NCBI GenBank assembly: GCA_002189035.1
Contig: CM007989.1
Coordinates: forward strand, 1,178,001 to 1,242,000
Reading direction: 5' to 3'
Length of the DNA: 64,000 nt
Source of the DNA: Utricularia gibba
Taxonomy: Eukaryota; Plantae; Magnoliophyta
Positions 1 through 12,953 of this stretch are shown here, in pieces. The notes under the pieces were generated by a model, which searched no databases, was not told the DNA's origin, and worked only from the letters and a program-made list of their open reading frames with translations. Made by a program: the position numbers and the translations under genes. Each line of letters opens with the position of its first letter. Positions within the stretch are counted from its first letter, which is position 1.

Positions 1-196
1 TCTTTTTTATTCTCAAATCAATGGTAAGGAGGGTTGCAATCATACTTTCAGTGTGTTGTGCTAAAGCTCTAGAAATCAGTAGCGCTTTGTTTCATGCATT
101 ATTTGCTGAAGAATTCTCTCCTCTTTACAGTATGGTTTTACGACTCTACTAAATGTAGGTAATTATATGGTTTTTGTTACAAAAATTGTTGATTAG

Positions 197-1185
197 GTGT
201 TATCTTGGTACATGATCTTTCTCAAAAAAGAACGAAGGCGAGTTTGCCTAAGTGGGCTGCCGAGATTGCCTCAACAGGCTCATTTTCAGCTCCCATGAAT
301 GTCCCTGGCCCTGGAGGTCTCTGTGTCCCATTTATTGTAATTGGTAACAAAGCTGACATTGCTTCAAAGGAGATGGCAAGGGGAAGCAGTGGTAATCTTG
401 TTGATGTAGCTCGCCAGTGGGTCGAAAAACAGGGATTACTTGCACCCAGTGAGGAGCTTCCATTAACTGAGAGCTTCGCTAGCGGAGGAAGCCTTACAGC
501 TGTAAGTTCAGAATATCATTTGTATTACATTACAACCAATGCATCTTGAGAGGAACCTATTCCGCAATGCACACAAAACTGATTTGGTGTTGGATACTGT
601 CCTATACAATCCTCATTATCTTGAAGAATAACATTGAGTCATTCAAATTCAGGCTGCCAAGGAAGGGAGGTATGACAAGGAAGCAGTGATGAAGTTTTTT
701 CGAACGGTTTGCATTTAGCTGCTATTCAGTGAGCAATTTTCTGCTGTAACAACAGCCTGCCTTAGCCTTTTTGCCCTTGTAGTTGATCAAGCGGAGGTAC
801 TTCTCAGATGAATTGCCCGGTGCAAGTCCATGGTCTTCCCACATGATTACCTCATTGTCGACATCAAGAGAAATCGTAAGTGAGGATGACCAACCACACA
901 GAAACACAAGGTACCACAGATGAGCAATGCCAATGGCAACATCTATCAACATATATATACAAACGTGTGCAATGACTCAACTCTGTCTTCAGTTTTGGAG
1001 ATCAGCTCAAGTACAATGTGCTGCCTCCTCTTCCAGCACAGCGCAACTTGACGCCACCACCCACACTCTACCCACAGCAGCCCATGTCAGTGATGCCAAA
1101 TAGCTACAGCATACCACGGTTTCCTTTTCAGAGCTCCCCAGACGGCACAAGTGTGAGATCTAAGCGTACGGACCTAAATGTTTAA
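197..1185 (+). CDS. LIP1: Small GTPase LIP1 (LIGHT INSENSITIVE PERIOD1)-like, 3' part; exons 197-501, 653-706, 783-910, 993-1185 (5' exons lie before the window)
   Basis: GT-AG spliced reading GVILVHDLSQKRTK...VPFIVIGNKADI (G4 NKxD)...AAKEGRYDKEAVMKFFRT|LIKRRYFSDELP...TLYPQQP...YSIPRF...RSKRTDLNV* matches the recalled LIP1 C-terminus; frame is kept across all junctions. Confidence 0.9.
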
Positions 1186-1988
1186 GTGGTATGCTTGCTA
1201 CATACTAATATGTAGAACAACTTCCTCTGCGAGCACAGTTTGCTAGCTAAAGGGGCTGTGTGTAGTCGGACAACTCCATTCTTTCTTCTGATTGTAAATC
1301 ATTTTTAACTGGCTGTTTAACTTTTTACATGGCTGAATGCGTGTTGCATGTAATTGCAGTTGCAACATTATGCTACCGCAATGCCCCAAAGGCTTGTTTG
1401 TGATTTTTAAGAAAAGGAAGAGATTTTTTTCGTAGCTACGGTCACAGAGGTAGAAAGAACCGAGCTTGGAGCTTTTGCATGGTGTGTCGACCAAACAGGC
1501 AGGAACTGTGACCATCACGAGCGAAGTTGGTGTGAAAGAACCGTGATACAGGCCCACTTGAAGATGGGTGTATGTTTGGACAATAAATTGAGACACAGCT
1601 AGGCGCAAGGTATGAAAATATTGAAAACGAATGGTGAGCGCCAGTTGTAGGGGAGAAAAGAACACAACCTAAACCGTGTCCCGACTCCCGTGTCGAAATG
1701 TGGTAGAGCGTTTTGTTTATGACTCTTGGATTTTCATGGTCTCCCATTTTGACTGACATCATTCTTCCTTGCTCGGTTTGCTATCTATAAAGTAACGTAA
1801 TTTCTCACGGAAGAAAAGTCCCACCTTTCCTTATTTCTTCAACTCGCGGTGTTGAGATTTTGTTTGCTCAGCCTGCCGCTTGTTTACCCATCTCGTCATT
1901 CTCTCTCTAGGAAAACCCAGCTGCATAGTTGAGTTTCTGGGTTTCGGGGAGGGGAAGAATAGATTCTCAAGAAAGGTTCAGTCAGAAA

Positions 1989-3569
1989 ATGGACGCTCGC
2001 AAGGAGGTAAAAGGAACAGACTTGAAAAGTTTTTATCTTGATCACTTGGTTGCATGCTTCGGTTTCCCGAGTTTCCTGCGCGCTGGTTTTTGTACTTTTT
2101 GACCGAATTTGTATTCTGCAATTCAGCCGGTAGTTCCAGGGCAATTTTTCCATCATAGGAAACGATGACTGTGTAGGATACTTGTCCCTGATTCTTCTGA
2201 ATCTCTTCAACCAACAGTTGAATTATACATGTATCCTGAAGTCGAAGGATATTTTGCTACCTGGGCTTTAATAGTTGCTGCTGCAAATCATGAATACCTT
2301 CTTATAAAATCCTGGCTAGTGTGTTTCTCCGTCTGTAAAAAAGTCAACTTGAAAAGATACGGCACATTAATTTAACAATTGGTTGTTTTTTGTTGGATTA
2401 GAAAGTGGAACCATGGCTATCTGTACCTCAATTTGGGGACTGGGAGCTGAAGGGGGAGATGCCCAACTACTCAATGGATTTCTCAAAGATCCGAGAAATG
2501 CGAAAGCAAAACAAGAGGGATCCATCTAGAGCCAGTCTCGGAAATGAGGAAGAGCTTATTGGTTCAAATACAACAATCTCAACCACCATTCACAGTGCTC
2601 AACACACTTATCATGGAAGTCACACTCCTGCAGTAAGCTTCATTTTAACTTTTCAAATGCTTCATGCCATCAGTAAATACTGATATTTTATCTATGAAAG
2701 CTCGTTTAATGTCATTAAAACTTGGTGGGGTTGAATGGATGAACATAAAATGTTGTTGGTACCATTAAATGAAAAGGTAGGGGGTGCATGTGCGGCTTCA
2801 ATCATGGTTTCTGTGGGGGACACTATTGGCTAGCTGATACCTATAACTTTCAGTGTGTATTCTGTAATGATAATTTGGCATCATTTTTGGATCTCCAGCT
2901 TTAAAAGTAGTAGTTTTCATAATTTTGTCCTGCCTAAAATGCAAACATTCCTGCCTTTGGGCTAAGCACTCGTGCTTATTAGCCTTTTTTGCACCACAAA
3001 AACACTTACGCTTTGGGCTTTTGCGCTTGGTTTGCAAAAAGCTTATCGAAAGCTTATTCCTGTGTCTGGAAGTCTTCACTGCGTTGGTTTTACATGCCTG
3101 CCTGATGATATCCTAGTTGATGAGTTGGTTGGCCATTGAATAGAAAGCTGTGAATAGCTTTTATGTGGTCCTATTTGCACCATGTAGAAAAGTTAACCTC
3201 AAAGAGAATATTTTTAGAAGGACCACATTGGATTTAAGAGTACTTATGATGCAGATTGCAACTGAAAATCTTAACCGATGGAAGTTCTTAACTTTTACTT
3301 TGTTTTATGCAAGCCATCTGACCTTCTACAGGAATTACGTTGTTGTATGTTTCATAACAACCCACTCATCCCTCCTCCAGGTTGTCTGTTTTAGCTGCTA
3401 AACTTGCCCCCTTTAGCCTTACAGTCTCAAAACTGAACCCCATCCTTGTTGTGTTACTGAAAGAAACGAATAACTACCAGATTCTTAGTCGCATGTTGAT
3501 CCTCTGTGGTCTCTGTTACAGGCTAGGAGGAGCATCTTCGGATTCTTCAGTTGCTGTGCAAAAGCTTAA
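1989..3569 (+). CDS. Small NOI/RIN4-family protein (98 aa); exons 1989-2006, 2402-2632, 3522-3569
   Basis: MDARKE|KVEPWLSVPQFGDWELKGEMPNYSMDFSKIREMRKQNKRDPSRASLGNEEEL...|ARRSIFGFFSCCAKA*; VPxFGxW motif and C-terminal di-Cys; canonical splice sites, all phase 0. Confidence 0.85.
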
Positions 3570-4646
3570 GGATAGAAGGTGGCTGATGGTGTGGTGCTTG
3601 TTGAGAAAGGAGCTCAAGTCAACCATTTTTAAAAGTACTTTGTACCAAAAGCGTGAGAATTCTGTGTTCAAGAGCTTGTTTCCCTTTGGTATCAGCGTCT
3701 GCGAAGTCTGTTTCTGGGCATGATCCATAAAAAAAAAAGCTTGTATTGTTTCTCAACTTTCAAGCGTCCACTGTGTTATCTCCCAGCCATTGACTGATCT
3801 TTCTGTAGGCCTTCCAAAGTACACACGGGTGGCGTTTGGTATAGTTTTCTTCTCTGAACTTGGCGTTCATGAATTTTCCGGTCTCCTCTAAATGAATTTC
3901 CGGTCAGCTCGTGGATTGGCAAACTGGGAAGGAAATTCAGGCTACAAGCCCAACTTTTCAGCCCGTGTTGATGAAAACGGGTTTTGTTTCACGGCCCAAT
4001 ATACGCCTTGATTAAGTTGGCCCTTTTCGTTATATGCGTTTTATTATAAAAAAATTATACATTATATTGCATTTATTTTATAAATTTAATATTGAGAAAG
4101 AAAAACAATGTAAATTTCAATCAACATAAAAAATGTAACACAATCAACTTTGATTTTAAATCTAATAAAATTTCGTATTACAGTTTTTTGTATTTATATT
4201 TAAAGTTCAATGAATGAAATAATATTTTTATTAGAATTATATCACATTTACGTCTTATGATTTTTAAAGTTCAACAAAGATAAGATGATGAGACGAAGGA
4301 AGAATATAAGTTGTGAATACTATATTTTGAGAGAGTTTAACATTAAAATTAAAATTGATTAGTTTTGATAGTATGATAAATTAAATATACAATTTTATAA
4401 ATTCGATATTAAATTATTTACAAAAAAACAAAATAAAGATTCTATAAACTTTATCAATTTAATATTGAATATAAACCCACCGATCCAGTCTTTTGCTGAC
4501 TCCGGTACCTGGAGTTGCAGATCGCTTGGTAGTTTTGGTGGGGATCGAAATGGCTGGTTTTTATTCATATACGAAGACAAAAATGATAACCTTGATTTCC
4601 GATTCTCATGCGTCAGCACACGTCTGAGGGATTACAGGAATGGAGT

Positions 4647-6402
4647 CTACTCTACCGAGTGGAGAAGGGCATCGGCGACGCTTTCTCTGGTAGGGAGTGC
4701 TGGGATGGCACCTCTTTCTGTCACGGTCAAGGCGCCGCACGCGTTGGCGAACCTCAGGGCATCTCGAAGGCGGCCCTCATCCTGCAAAAACGAAACACGG
4801 AAAGTCGTCATTTTGAGACGAAGTTCGATCAACCACACGCATCTAACCTGAAGCAAACATGCATCCGAAGCGAGTTGTGACAGGATCCCAGCCACAAACG
4901 CATCCCCGGCGCCGGTGGTATCCACAGGTTCAACCTTCAGACCCTTCACTCGCCCACTGAATTCCTGAGAGAGCATTGTGTCAATTATCATGAGCATTTT
5001 TTCGACTCTGTTCTGTAATGGATGCAAAAGACGTCCAGAACCTTTGTGTAATATCTGCAACCTTCTGAGCCTTCGGTCACAAGGAGTAGCTTCAGGTTCT
5101 GATGGTACAGCTTCCTCACCACATTGTCATCGTATGGATCTTCACCATTTGTCAAAAAGCTTATCTCCTCTTCACTTATCTGAGCTTCGCAACGAAGGGC
5201 GAGATTGCTAAAAGGTAGAGGCAGTGAGAAAATATGTTGAGCAAAGAGTGAACCTTGATTATGTCAGCAGCATCCCATATGCTAAGTATGCCTTCTCTGG
5301 CGTTTTCAGCGGATGGCCATAATGGAAGCCTCAGATTTGGATCATATGACAAGATGGCACCAGCATCTTTTGCAGCTTTCATGGCTGCTATGTGGGTGGA
5401 TCTGCATGGTTCTGTGATCAGGCTTATTGATCCATAGTGGAAAATCTTGGCCTACAAAGCACCGGAGCGGGCATTATCAATATCTAATCGAGTTCGAGAG
5501 GACAAATCAAGTCAGGGAACTTCCACAGGAGTACCTTCTTAATCAATTCGAAGTCAAGCTCAGACTCTTGCAGCAGCATATCTGCACTGGGATTGCGATA
5601 AAACATGAACTCGCGCTCCCCATCCTTTCTCAGAGTTACAAATGCAAGTGCTGTCCGTGCACCGGGATCAAACCGTAGTCCTTCGTTATTTACATGGTTC
5701 TGCTTTAAAATATCCGCAAGCATGTAACCAAATTCATCTTCACCCACCTGAATAGAAATGCAATGAATGTCTCAATTCAACAACAGAATGAACTGCTGTC
5801 CAGAAGAACAGTTCCCATGAATTCACAATGTTAGGAAACTTAGGCACCTCCTTGTCAATCGAATTCAACGGAACTGGAAAACTTTGCTTTCGCATACCTT
5901 GCCGATAAACGCTGATGAACCACCAAGACGAGCAATGCCGACAGCTACATTGGCAGGTGCACCTCCAGGAGCTTTCTTGAATGCTGGCGCTTCAGCTAAA
6001 GAGAGTCCACTAACAGTTGGGACAAAATCAATAAGCATTTCTCCAAAGCAAACCACCGCAGGGGACGATTCATCTCTGCCAGGTGCATCACTAAAAGTGG
6101 CTGCAATTAATTATAACACAAAGAGAGCAAATGACCGCCACATTCTGTCACCTCATTCCTACTAATCTTCACTGGAGAACACTAGCCAAACAAAATTAAG
6201 CCAATCAATCACACAACGGATATCGAAATATCTCACCTTGAATTCTGCATCTTGATAATGCAGCTGAAGATGGCGGAGAAAAAAATGAATCTTTAACATT
6301 GCATTTTATAACAGTTGCTGAAATGGGTGCACAGAGAGGCTGAGATAACCCATAACTTTGAAAACTCAAAGAAACAAAACTGAGGCCGAGGAAAGCTGAC
6401 AT
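4647..6402 (-). CDS. FRK: Plastid-type fructokinase (pfkB family); exons 6402-6237, 6100-5898, 5747-5535, 5451-5254, 5179-5042, 4964-4848, 4781-4647
   Basis: Ser-rich transit-peptide-like N-terminus, then [52 protein letters not shown] and ANACGA motifs; exon lengths sum in frame. Confidence 0.95.
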
Positions 6403-6880
6403 TAGAGTAGCCCGATTATCTAATATATCACAGTGAAAGTCCCCCAATCCACCCTCAAGCTAAAACCGGCGGCTCAAAGAAGACACTCTGTTGTCTCGCG
6501 GATGATAAAAGATGGTCTGCGGAGAAAGCCAGGAAGTAAAAAGAGGGCACTTCCACCGAGCCACGAGCAGCAGCCACAGACTCGCAGTTGCCACTAATTT
6601 CCACCAACCGAAAGATGTCGGGTCGAACACCCGGATCTTTCTCATGACCCTCTTCCTTCTCAGAAAGCTAGAAGAGAATTTGCATTTATTATCCGCGAAA
6701 TTGCACGTGTTCCTATTCCTTATTACATAAATGGTTAGAGAAAATCGAATTACCATTACATAATCTCGACATCACCCTGAAATATTTAGCAGCAAGTTCA
6801 AAATGTAATTTGGACGAGACACTCGTCAAGATGTTGATGTCATGTTCTAATCAATATTTTTAATTATGTCGACATAACAT

Positions 6881-7034
6881 ACGCGTGAACGACCAACACG
6901 TGAAAGGCAGTAATCATCGTCACGTCTAAGCAAAGGTACCTTAATATATAACTAAAATACGATTAAAGATATTTTAAAACAAAATTTAAAACGCGTACCC
7001 CCAAACCGCGTTGGCCGTAGCCCATACTTATAAA
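6881..7034 (+). promoter_or_regulatory. CML proximal promoter: three CGCG boxes (6881, 6991, 7006) and TATAAA (7029-7034)
   Basis: ACGCGT, ACGCGT and CCGCGT(T) seen directly; TATA box about 50 nt upstream of the CML ATG; vCGCGb is the established CAMTA site. Confidence 0.55.
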
Positions 7035-7084
7035 TCCCGTAACCGTCTCAATTCCCAGCTACTGGGAACCGAAATCCCTTGCTA

Positions 7085-7555
7085 ATGGCGAGAAATACGA
7101 AATCGGCGAAGATTCCCATGGCGGAACTAGAACGCGTGTTCAAGAAATTCGATACCGACGGCGACGGAAAGATCTCCGTCACGGATCTTATGGTGATTCT
7201 CAACTCCTTGGGAACGAAGACGACCATCGACGAAGCGAAGGGGATCATGTCGGCGTTAGATGTTAACGGCGACGGATTCATCGATTTGGCGGAGTTCAAG
7301 CAGTTGCAATTAGGCGACGGGGACGGAGAGGAGTTGAAGCGGGCGTTTGATATGTTCGACAAGGACATGAACGGCAAGATTTCCGCCAAGGAGCTTCAAT
7401 CCACGCTGCGCAGCCTCGGCGAGAAGAAGTCGTTGAAGGAATGCCAGAAGATGATACGCAACGTGGATGTAAACGGCGACGGATGCGTGGATTTCGAGGA
7501 GTTCAAGAAGATGATGACGGCGTCGCCGTCAGGAGGAGCGTCGCGAAGCAAGTGA
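7085..7555 (+). CDS. Calmodulin-like (CML) 4-EF-hand Ca2+-binding protein, intronless
   Basis: EF loops DTDGDGKISVTDL, DVNGDGFIDLAEF, DKDMNGKISAKEL and DVNGDGCVDFEEF; first ATG at 7085 (the ORF track starts at a TTG). Confidence 0.95.
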   Translation: MARNTKSAKIPMAELERVFKKFDTDGDGKISVTDLMVILNSLGTKTTIDEAKGIMSALDVNGDGFIDLAEFKQLQLGDGDGEELKRAFDMFDKDMNGKISAKELQSTLRSLGEKKSLKECQKMIRNVDVNGDGCVDFEEFKKMMTASPSGGASRSK

Positions 7556-10500
7556 AATACGTGTAGGTTTTTAACCCATAAATCCCGCGTTTAATTTGGG
7601 GATTTTTAACTCTTTATTAATATTATAATTGAATAATATATTCATTTTCATTATTGGGCCGCCAACCTTAGGGGTTTGGGTAGGCGAGCCCGTAACTTGA
7701 TTGGGCCAGAATATCTGTATTGGGCCGCGTCATGCTTACGACAGCCGTGTTGTGTCCCTGGCTCTCTGCTGCACGATTTCCATCCGAACATCATCATTTC
7801 CTGTCTGATTATTAGTGAAGCAGTTTCCTGCATTAATCCGCGGATGTCTTGGCAGAGAAGGCTGGATTTTGAAGTTCTTCTTAAGAAAAAAAACCACTTT
7901 TTTACATAGGCTCGGGCGCTACGACGCCTCTGCGGAGGTTCACATTGAGTGCGCTGTCTCGCCCCAGGAACCCCGCTAGCCAGACTCACCTCGAGCCTGC
8001 ATTTAATTTTATTTCAATTGTAGCTATTGAATGATAAGTATGTTTGTTTCAAAAAAAACAAAGGCTGCTGCTGCCTCTGCTGCTCCTGTTGCGTTGTTAT
8101 TTATTACAGAGAAAGAATTGTGTGTGTGTTTCATTCTAACATGATAAATCCTCTTGTGTTGCAAGCTTGTGGACCAGTGTTTGGACACAAAGTATGTACG
8201 TAGAGAGGAGTAGTTATCGTACATCAATGCTAGTGGCACACCCACAATCATCAAACTTGGGAAAATGGCATTAAATTGGCCAGAAAGAAAGAACCCAGAC
8301 GCCCATATTTCATAAAGGAGCCTGAGGCTGCAGTTGCATAACAAAATACCCAGCCCAGTCGGGAGCTGGATGTGCAGGCGGGGCTCGCCACCCGGTCCCC
8401 GATCGCGTGGCATTTACTCTGAATCGGTAAGGCCGGAGAGTTTCTTTTTCTTAGCCGGAGAAGGAAGCGGATCTGATCAGCACGTGAAACTGGATCGGCG
8501 TGTCCGGTGAGGTCCCCTTGGTGGCTCCTACCAGGAATATATATCTTCTTTTGTATTATTATTTTGGTTCATTCTCCATCTGCAGCCAGTGCCCATACGC
8601 TGCCCGATCCCAGTCCCAGTCCCATTCCGTGATTGCTGGTGCCCACATCCACCCAATCAGCCCACTTCTGTAGAGAGCACTTGAGGTTACAGTAAAGAGG
8701 GGCATTTAATATACTCGCAGTGGGTTTAATCATTGATGCAGGAAGGTGAGAATGGACGGACGGACGTCTCTGCATCCACGTTTCTCAGTCCACGGCGGAG
8801 CTCGCAAGAGCGCCTTTGGTCGACGTAATGGAGGAAGCAGAGAGAACTGCTTGACTGTGAGTGTTGTGTGGAATAAATAGGCCTGAGAGTGACGCCTCAT
8901 CGGAACAAGTCGACGCCATCCTCAACTGCAATTCAATAATACCTTTCTTGGATGCGCGTATATGTATCCTGAAAACACTGTTGCTGTTGCTGTTTCGCCA
9001 TTAATCAGGACTTTGCTGTCACCAAAAGGCGAATATCAAATGCGGGAGTCCTCCCAAATTGATGGTGTTACAGTGAAATGCTGATGTGCACATCAACATG
9101 TAACAGTAACCTTAGTGCGGAAGATCATATTAGAATATGATTCATTTTTATTGTATATTTACAGATCTATTCTATATTTAATTTCAACATATTATAAGAG
9201 TGTTTTACTTATCCCATGATTTGAATGATCACGATGAATTTCATATTGATCTAAATTATAATTATAAAAAAGATGTGTTTGATTTAGACGATGAAATTAA
9301 ATCGATCTATAATCAAATTACCACCTATAATCATACCAAAAAAACAAGTATTCATCGAATAAAATATCAATTACACTTGAATTCAGGTATATATCAACAA
9401 ATATTCACATATGAGAATTTGAAATTGAAATAAAAATATATAATAAATTATAAATCAATAATAATAGATTGAATCTAATATTTTTAATATAATTTATATT
9501 TATTATATATTTAATTTTCAAATTTTCACTTATTAGATTTTTAATTGACCAACATATGCATATTTCTAATCCCAGAAACTCAGAGCTCACATATACACTT
9601 GCCATTCTTCCTCTCCATTCCAGGCATTCACCACACTCAGATTCAGTACGGGTGGTTGTTGGTAAGTGCCAACGCCGGGCAGTCAGTCGGTCCCAGAGCT
9701 TGCCCGCGCCGGCCCATGTCCATCCCCTACGCAGAGAAGAATAGAGCATCCCTTACCATGAATGATCTAATCACCACGTGACCATCATTTCCTGTGTTTT
9801 GTTTTGTTTTTTTTTTATCTGTGTACTTATTGATTGATGACCGGAAAGTAGGAGAGAGGCGGCACTCGTCTTATCTTTCAGGCTCATCTCATCTTCACAT
9901 CTTGTGTGGTGAGGATAGATGATGAAGATATCAGGGCCGCAGGAATACCCATCGAGCTCATCTCGGTGAAGTCACCATCGCCAGCCGGAGAAAAACTCCA
10001 AAGACATGGGTTACAATCGAGGAAGAAGCAGATGAGAACACAGTCCTGCAGAGGGTAAAAAAGGTCCCTTTTTTAATCCAAGTACACCATGCTTTGGTGA
10101 AAGTGGTGCTTGGTCAAGGATGTTAGCAGCAGTTGAGTTTTGACAGATCGACAACCTTTTCTTATCCCTGTATTCATTTTCTGTTGGCGCTGTGATAAAA
10201 AAGAAACGAAAGGGAAAGGGTATAGTTTATGGCGGCATGGTGTGGAAGAAGACGATTTGGGAGATGAGAAGAGAATCCTGGAATAGTAGCAGAGGTTCCT
10301 CCAAAAGAAGAAAAACCCGTAGATGGGTAAAAACCGATGAAATTAAAGACTAGGCCTTGTCTGAACGCGCCGTAGCTCCGTTCGTTGACTTGGGGCCACC
10401 GCCACCTGCCGGTTTTCTGATTCTCCACTGTACCAAAGAGTCCGTTCCCACTGTTTTTAATACCTCCCTCTCCCATTTTCCGTTTCCCCACCTCGAGGAA

Positions 10501-10810
10501 AAAAACAAGAGGAGAATTGAACTTTCCTCTCCGATCCCCAAATACCCATCAAGCTTTTTGGGGGACAACAACAGAATTACGTATGCGCACAAGTTGAATT
10601 CAATTGTGAAATTGACTACTGGGTTTCGTTTTTGGATGTTTTTGCAGTCCTCTTTTGATTCTGCTGCACCTCGAAGGGATTGTGGTGGTTTTTAGAGGAA
10701 AGGGGACAGCTCTTCTTTTCTTCTTCATGGTTTTTCTTCTTGTCTTGTTTCGGGAATTGTTCTCTTCTTCTTGCTGCTGCTGAGAGTGGTTGAAAGAATT
10801 TGGGTTAGAG

Positions 10811-12953
10811 ATGGTTTGGGGCTGGAGAAGAGCTTTCTGCACCTCCATATCCAAGGAACAGCAGGAACGAGATTCCCCTGTTTCCAGGGAAAGATCTGAG
10901 GAACCCACTTACAAGAACAGTGGCTCCAGATTTGTTGGGTTTTTCTCCAATCCATCTACTCCTAGACTCGGATCGGGATTTGCTCTTCGATGCAGTATCG
11001 CCAAACCCGCGGTGGCGACGGAGGAGGTTCATAGTCATTCCATTTCGGCGTCGGAGTATCCGACGCTTGTCTGCGAAACCAAATTCGCGACGCCCAGATC
11101 CTTGAATCGATCGGCGCCTTCTTCACCGCGGTCCCCTTCGACTTTTTCGTTACTGAAATCAAGCTTGCGCCTCTCCAGATTGTCGACGGTTAGAGATTTC
11201 TCCTTTTTTCTTTGCTTTTTGGAAGGGAAAAAAGCGGGATTTATTTGTTTTCATGATTTGGCAATCATGGTTTCAGAGTTTCCCTTTCCTCTTCTTGGGT
11301 TTTCTGCAGGGTAGCAGGTGTGGAATATGTCTTCAAAGAGTGAAAACCGATCAGGGCACCGCCATCTTCACGGCTGAGTGCGGCCATAGCTTTCACTTCC
11401 CCTGCATTTCGGCTCACGTGAATAAGAAGGCCTCTCTGACGTGCCCCATCTGCGGCTTCACGTGGAAACAGGTCCATCTTCTAAATCAGAACAAATCTCA
11501 CGCCGCCGCCTCCGCGGCCACAGGAGGCCTGAAGATATCCGCGTTGAAAGTGTACAACGATGATGAGCCACTTTGTTCTCCCACATCAGGGGCGAGGTTC
11601 AGTTCCATCCCTGAATCTGACGAAACTGAAGGGGAATATGAAGAGTTCCCGGGGTTCTTCGCCGCTGATAATGTGGTTCCCGCGATGTCTACGCATGTGC
11701 AGGTTGCGTTGTTGCCGGAGGCGGCGATGGTTTCTAGTGGGAAGACGAGTGAGACTTGCGCAGTTGTTCTGAAACTCAAAGCTCCGGTTGTATTGCGGAG
11801 AAGGATTCCGGTGGACTTGGTGGCGGTCCTTAACGTGAGCAAGGCAATTAACGCCGAGAAGATTCAATTCATGAAGAAAGCGATGAGAATGGTGGTGGCG
11901 TCCCTCGCCGCCGATGACCGATTGTCAATTGTGGCGTTCTCTACTCTATCCAAACGGCTCACACCTCTCCGTAGAATGAACGCCACCGGCCGCAGATCCG
12001 CTCGCAGGATAATCGACGCAGTCGTATCATTGGATGGCGATGCCGCTACAGTGACGGACTCTCTGAAGAAGGCGGCGAAAGTTATTGAAGACCGCCGCGA
12101 GAAAAACCCCGCCTCTATCATTCTACTCTTCTCCGACGGCCACCGCAATGGGCCGCTGGTGTCATCCACGCGCTTTACCAGTTCGGAAATTCCCGTCCAC
12201 TACGTGAACCTCGGTGCGTGCTCTACCATCCCCGCCGGTGACTTGTTCGCCGAGCGAATCTCGGGACTGCTAAGCGAGGTTGTTCAGGATCTTCGAATTC
12301 GGCTTAGCCTCACCCCGGACTCCGCTCCGGCCGAAATCTCCGCCGTGTATTCAAATACCGGGAAACCCGCGTTCCTCGGATCCGGTTCAAATCCCTGTTG
12401 GATCGGAGCCCTCCATTCAGAGGAGGAGAGAGAGGTGTTGATTGAACTGAAAGTCCCGTCTTCATTGGACGGGTCCCGCCGCCTGCTCGCCGTGCAATGC
12501 TGTTACGAAGATTTATTAACCCAACAAACCATATACGACAAAGAGCGCCACCTGCTGATTCCCCAGCCACGCGCCGTCGGCTCCTCCACCCCGAGCATCC
12601 ACCGCCTGCGCTGCCTCTTCGTGACCACACGGGCCATCGCCGAGAGCCGCATACTCTCCGACAGAGGCGACCTCGCCAGCGCGAACCGGTTGCTGGCTTC
12701 AGCGCGCGCACTGGTTCGTCACTCAGGATCGGACTCCGCCGAAGAGTTTGTACGGGGACTGGAGGCCCGCATGGCGGAGCTGAACGCAAAGATACAAAAC
12801 TGCAGCGGGGGATGCCGAGCCGATGAGAAAGCCGAGCCGCTTACACCGACGTCGGCTTGGAGGGCCGCTGAGCGGCTGGCTAAAGTAGCCAAGATGAGGA
12901 AGTCGTTGAATAGAGTCAGCGATCTCCACGGCTTGGAGGACGCGAGATTTTAG
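10811..12953 (+). CDS. WAV3: WAV3/EDA40/WAVH-family RING-H2 + vWA E3 ubiquitin ligase; exons 10811-11188, 11310-12953
   Basis: N-terminal GWRRAFCTS, SNPSTPRL, RING CGIC...TAECGHSFHFPC...CPIC, vWA PVDLVAVL...DDRLSIVAFS, C-terminal LTPTSAWRAAERLAKVA...RVSDLHGLEDARF*; phase-0 GT-AG intron 11189-11309. Confidence 0.92.

Noticed and set aside
1243-1762. Minus-strand ORFs of 106 and 140 aa between LIP1 and the NOI gene
   Set aside because: No family motif, and they overlap the LIP1 3' region and NOI upstream region; no support for coding
8024-8413. 129-aa minus-strand ATG ORF
   Set aside because: No recognisable domain and a low-complexity, UTR-like end; kept only as part of the unexplained-region finding
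8661-8680. miR156/157-like fragment TAGAGAGCAC
   Set aside because: Only 10 nt match, with no star arm or hairpin
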